Made by a program: the position numbers and the translations under genes
Assembly (NCBI GenBank): GCA_965235115.1
Contig: OZ249436.1
Span: 26,166,001 to 26,230,000 of the forward strand
Source: Laetmonice hystrix
Taxonomy: Eukaryota
Reading direction: 5' to 3'
Length of the DNA: 64,000 nt
Shown: positions 62,031 through 64,000 of the stretch, piece after piece
Layout: every line of letters starts with the position of its first letter
How positions within the stretch are numbered: position 1 is the stretch's first letter
Notes under the pieces: generated by a model
Databases searched by the model: none
Told to the model about the DNA's origin: nothing
What the model saw: only the letters and a program-made list of their open reading frames with translations

Positions 62031-63523
62031 CTGCAATGAAAACAGATAAGTGGGCCCTAATGCGTAGTGTCCAACCATCCTGATTTCGTTGGGATTTCCC
62101 CCATTTTGCTTGAAAATCCCGAATCCCGATGCAATCTCGATCGGGATAGGAAACTTTATTTTTGAAGATCTGCTCACACGAAGATATTTGTGTCAAATTA
62201 TAGGGGTCTAATACTTGTCATACGAGGAAACGAAACACTTAAATTGGATATCCAGGTGAAGTCTTATTTTATTGCAATAACATTTTTTAGGCAACAAGCC
62301 TAAAATGACGATCAATTTACGCCTTTTTGACAGAAATATTCGTCTGAGAGCTAGTGCTGGAAAGGGTGTTTCAGGACCTCCACATTTTAAAGATTTCTCC
62401 TACAATTTAAATCCCGATTTGGGAAGGTCCATATGTTGGACACTCTGGATTAGTGTTTACTGTTTCTTCGCACGCAGTTACATACGGCCTTGTTCGATCA
62501 GGCGAGAAAAGTATATTTTATTAGAATATAGTTGTGCATTCGGGAATCCTCGGCCATATCTTCGAAAGTAGCCTCGGTGAAATAGGTGCCATTTTGAGCA
62601 TTGCATCGCGGGTACATTTAGCCGGGACTCTCGACAGCATGGCAGTGCTTGCAGTATTTTGTCTGCATCAGGCATGGAAGCAACTAAAATAGGCCTACAA
62701 TGCTTTCCCCGAAGTCAGTGGGCAATATTACAATAGTATCATGTTATGATACAACTTAAATTACAACATGATTACAAGTAGTCCTACCATGTGTCGGGCC
62801 AGTGTCGTACATGGGCGTGGCCATATTGCTTCCCAGAATTTGATAAATTACCGTATTGACGCCCATTTAGGTAAATTGGGTGATTCATTTTTCTTCTTCA
62901 AACGTTCCCCTTCATACCAGAAATTTATATTTGCACATACAACGCCGAAGGAGCAGGTGTCAATAATGCACTACTTCCTGGCTCGATGGGATATGACGGT
63001 TCACTCAGTGCCTCGCTACACACCTCCATTTGGCCGTGTATCTGGTTGCCAAACATGGCCGCTATTCCACCCGAGGGTATATTCGAATAGCAGGAAGTGA
63101 CGTCATATGCCCGAGGGAGTCCCGAATGATCGTTTTATGATATCTTTTTTTTCAGTACAGATGTATTTGATACAGTGGCCGGGAAGCGAATGATTTCCCC
63201 CCGAACCTTTCGTGCTTTCGAAGGAATACAAATGTATAGGTTTAGCCTAGGCCTATATATAGTTGACTTAGACATCTGTTTGAACAGATACAAAGGGCTC
63301 GGGTCCTTGCAGCCACCTGTTTAACTCAGTTTTTCGTTTTTCTAAAGAAGACGGATCACCTTTTAATGTGTTCCACTCAATTCGTGAGACTTGGCCTTTT
63401 GGTATTATTTCAACACAATCTTTGTATCTATGATAGGTCTGACTTTGCCTCTCCATCGTGGACCCCGAGGCGGATTAATATTATAAGGAAGTGGTTAGCT
63501 AGGTGTCCGTCTACTATACCTAC

Positions 63524-63667
63524 CGTCAGCGTCCACCTCGTTGACCATATCCTGTAGTTCGGGTTCGGTCGGGTTCTGACCCAGTGACCGCATAACGGTG
63601 CCAAGCTCTCCTGCACTGATAGAACCATCGCTGTTCTTGTCAAACAGAGAAAAGGCCTCCTTAAATT
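63524..63667 (-). CDS. Calmodulin-like protein, exon encoding EF-hand I and the start of II (5' exons presumably beyond the window)
   Basis: [48 protein letters not shown]; 144 nt (canonical size), bounded by ttcag| and |gtagg. Confidence 0.95.
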
Positions 63668-64000
63668 CTGAAATACACACATATTATCGTCGGTGAGACA
63701 CACATTCGTGTATTACAATAACGAGAAGCGTTTTACACACGTTCGCTAAACTTTGGGTAGAGACTATTCGTGGAGCTCCAATGGTTATTTAGGCCTACTT
63801 CTCCTCGAATTATTTTTAAATGAATACTTTTCAGGGTACATCCATATGCATTGCTTCCACTAACCCTATTTTGTACGTCACAGAAATCGTATTCAACCTT
63901 CGATCCCTAGACCCATCTAGTACCTACACTATACCTGTCTGTACCACCTGTCGAGAATGTTGGAAAAAGCGGCACACTGATTTTACCAAATTCGTACTAG

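Overview
Repeat-rich eukaryotic (invertebrate animal) genomic DNA, with no prokaryotic features. Host genes lie only at the edges. On the left (+) are the last coding exon of MED9 and, 81 nt after its stop, an intronless Gemin6 ORF. On the right (-) are three exons of a divergent calmodulin. The ~57 kb between them is nested transposons. These include a decayed Gypsy element whose gag-protease region can be rebuilt by removing four DNA-transposon insertions, and an intact young Gypsy-like LTR element with CG...CG termini and a 3-bp TSD (Troyka-like). There are also Helentron-type elements carrying ~146-bp and 258-bp satellite arrays, Harbinger/Kolobok/EnSpm/Academ/ISL2EU-like remnants, solo LTRs and a LINE 3' end. 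The most striking unexplained signal is the palindrome TAGGCCTA (~40 copies counted by eye, about 1 expected by chance). Internal comparisons indicate it arises as a GGCCTA insertion at TA sites, including one that creates the stop codon in a gag gene. All family assignments come from motif recognition, not database searches.
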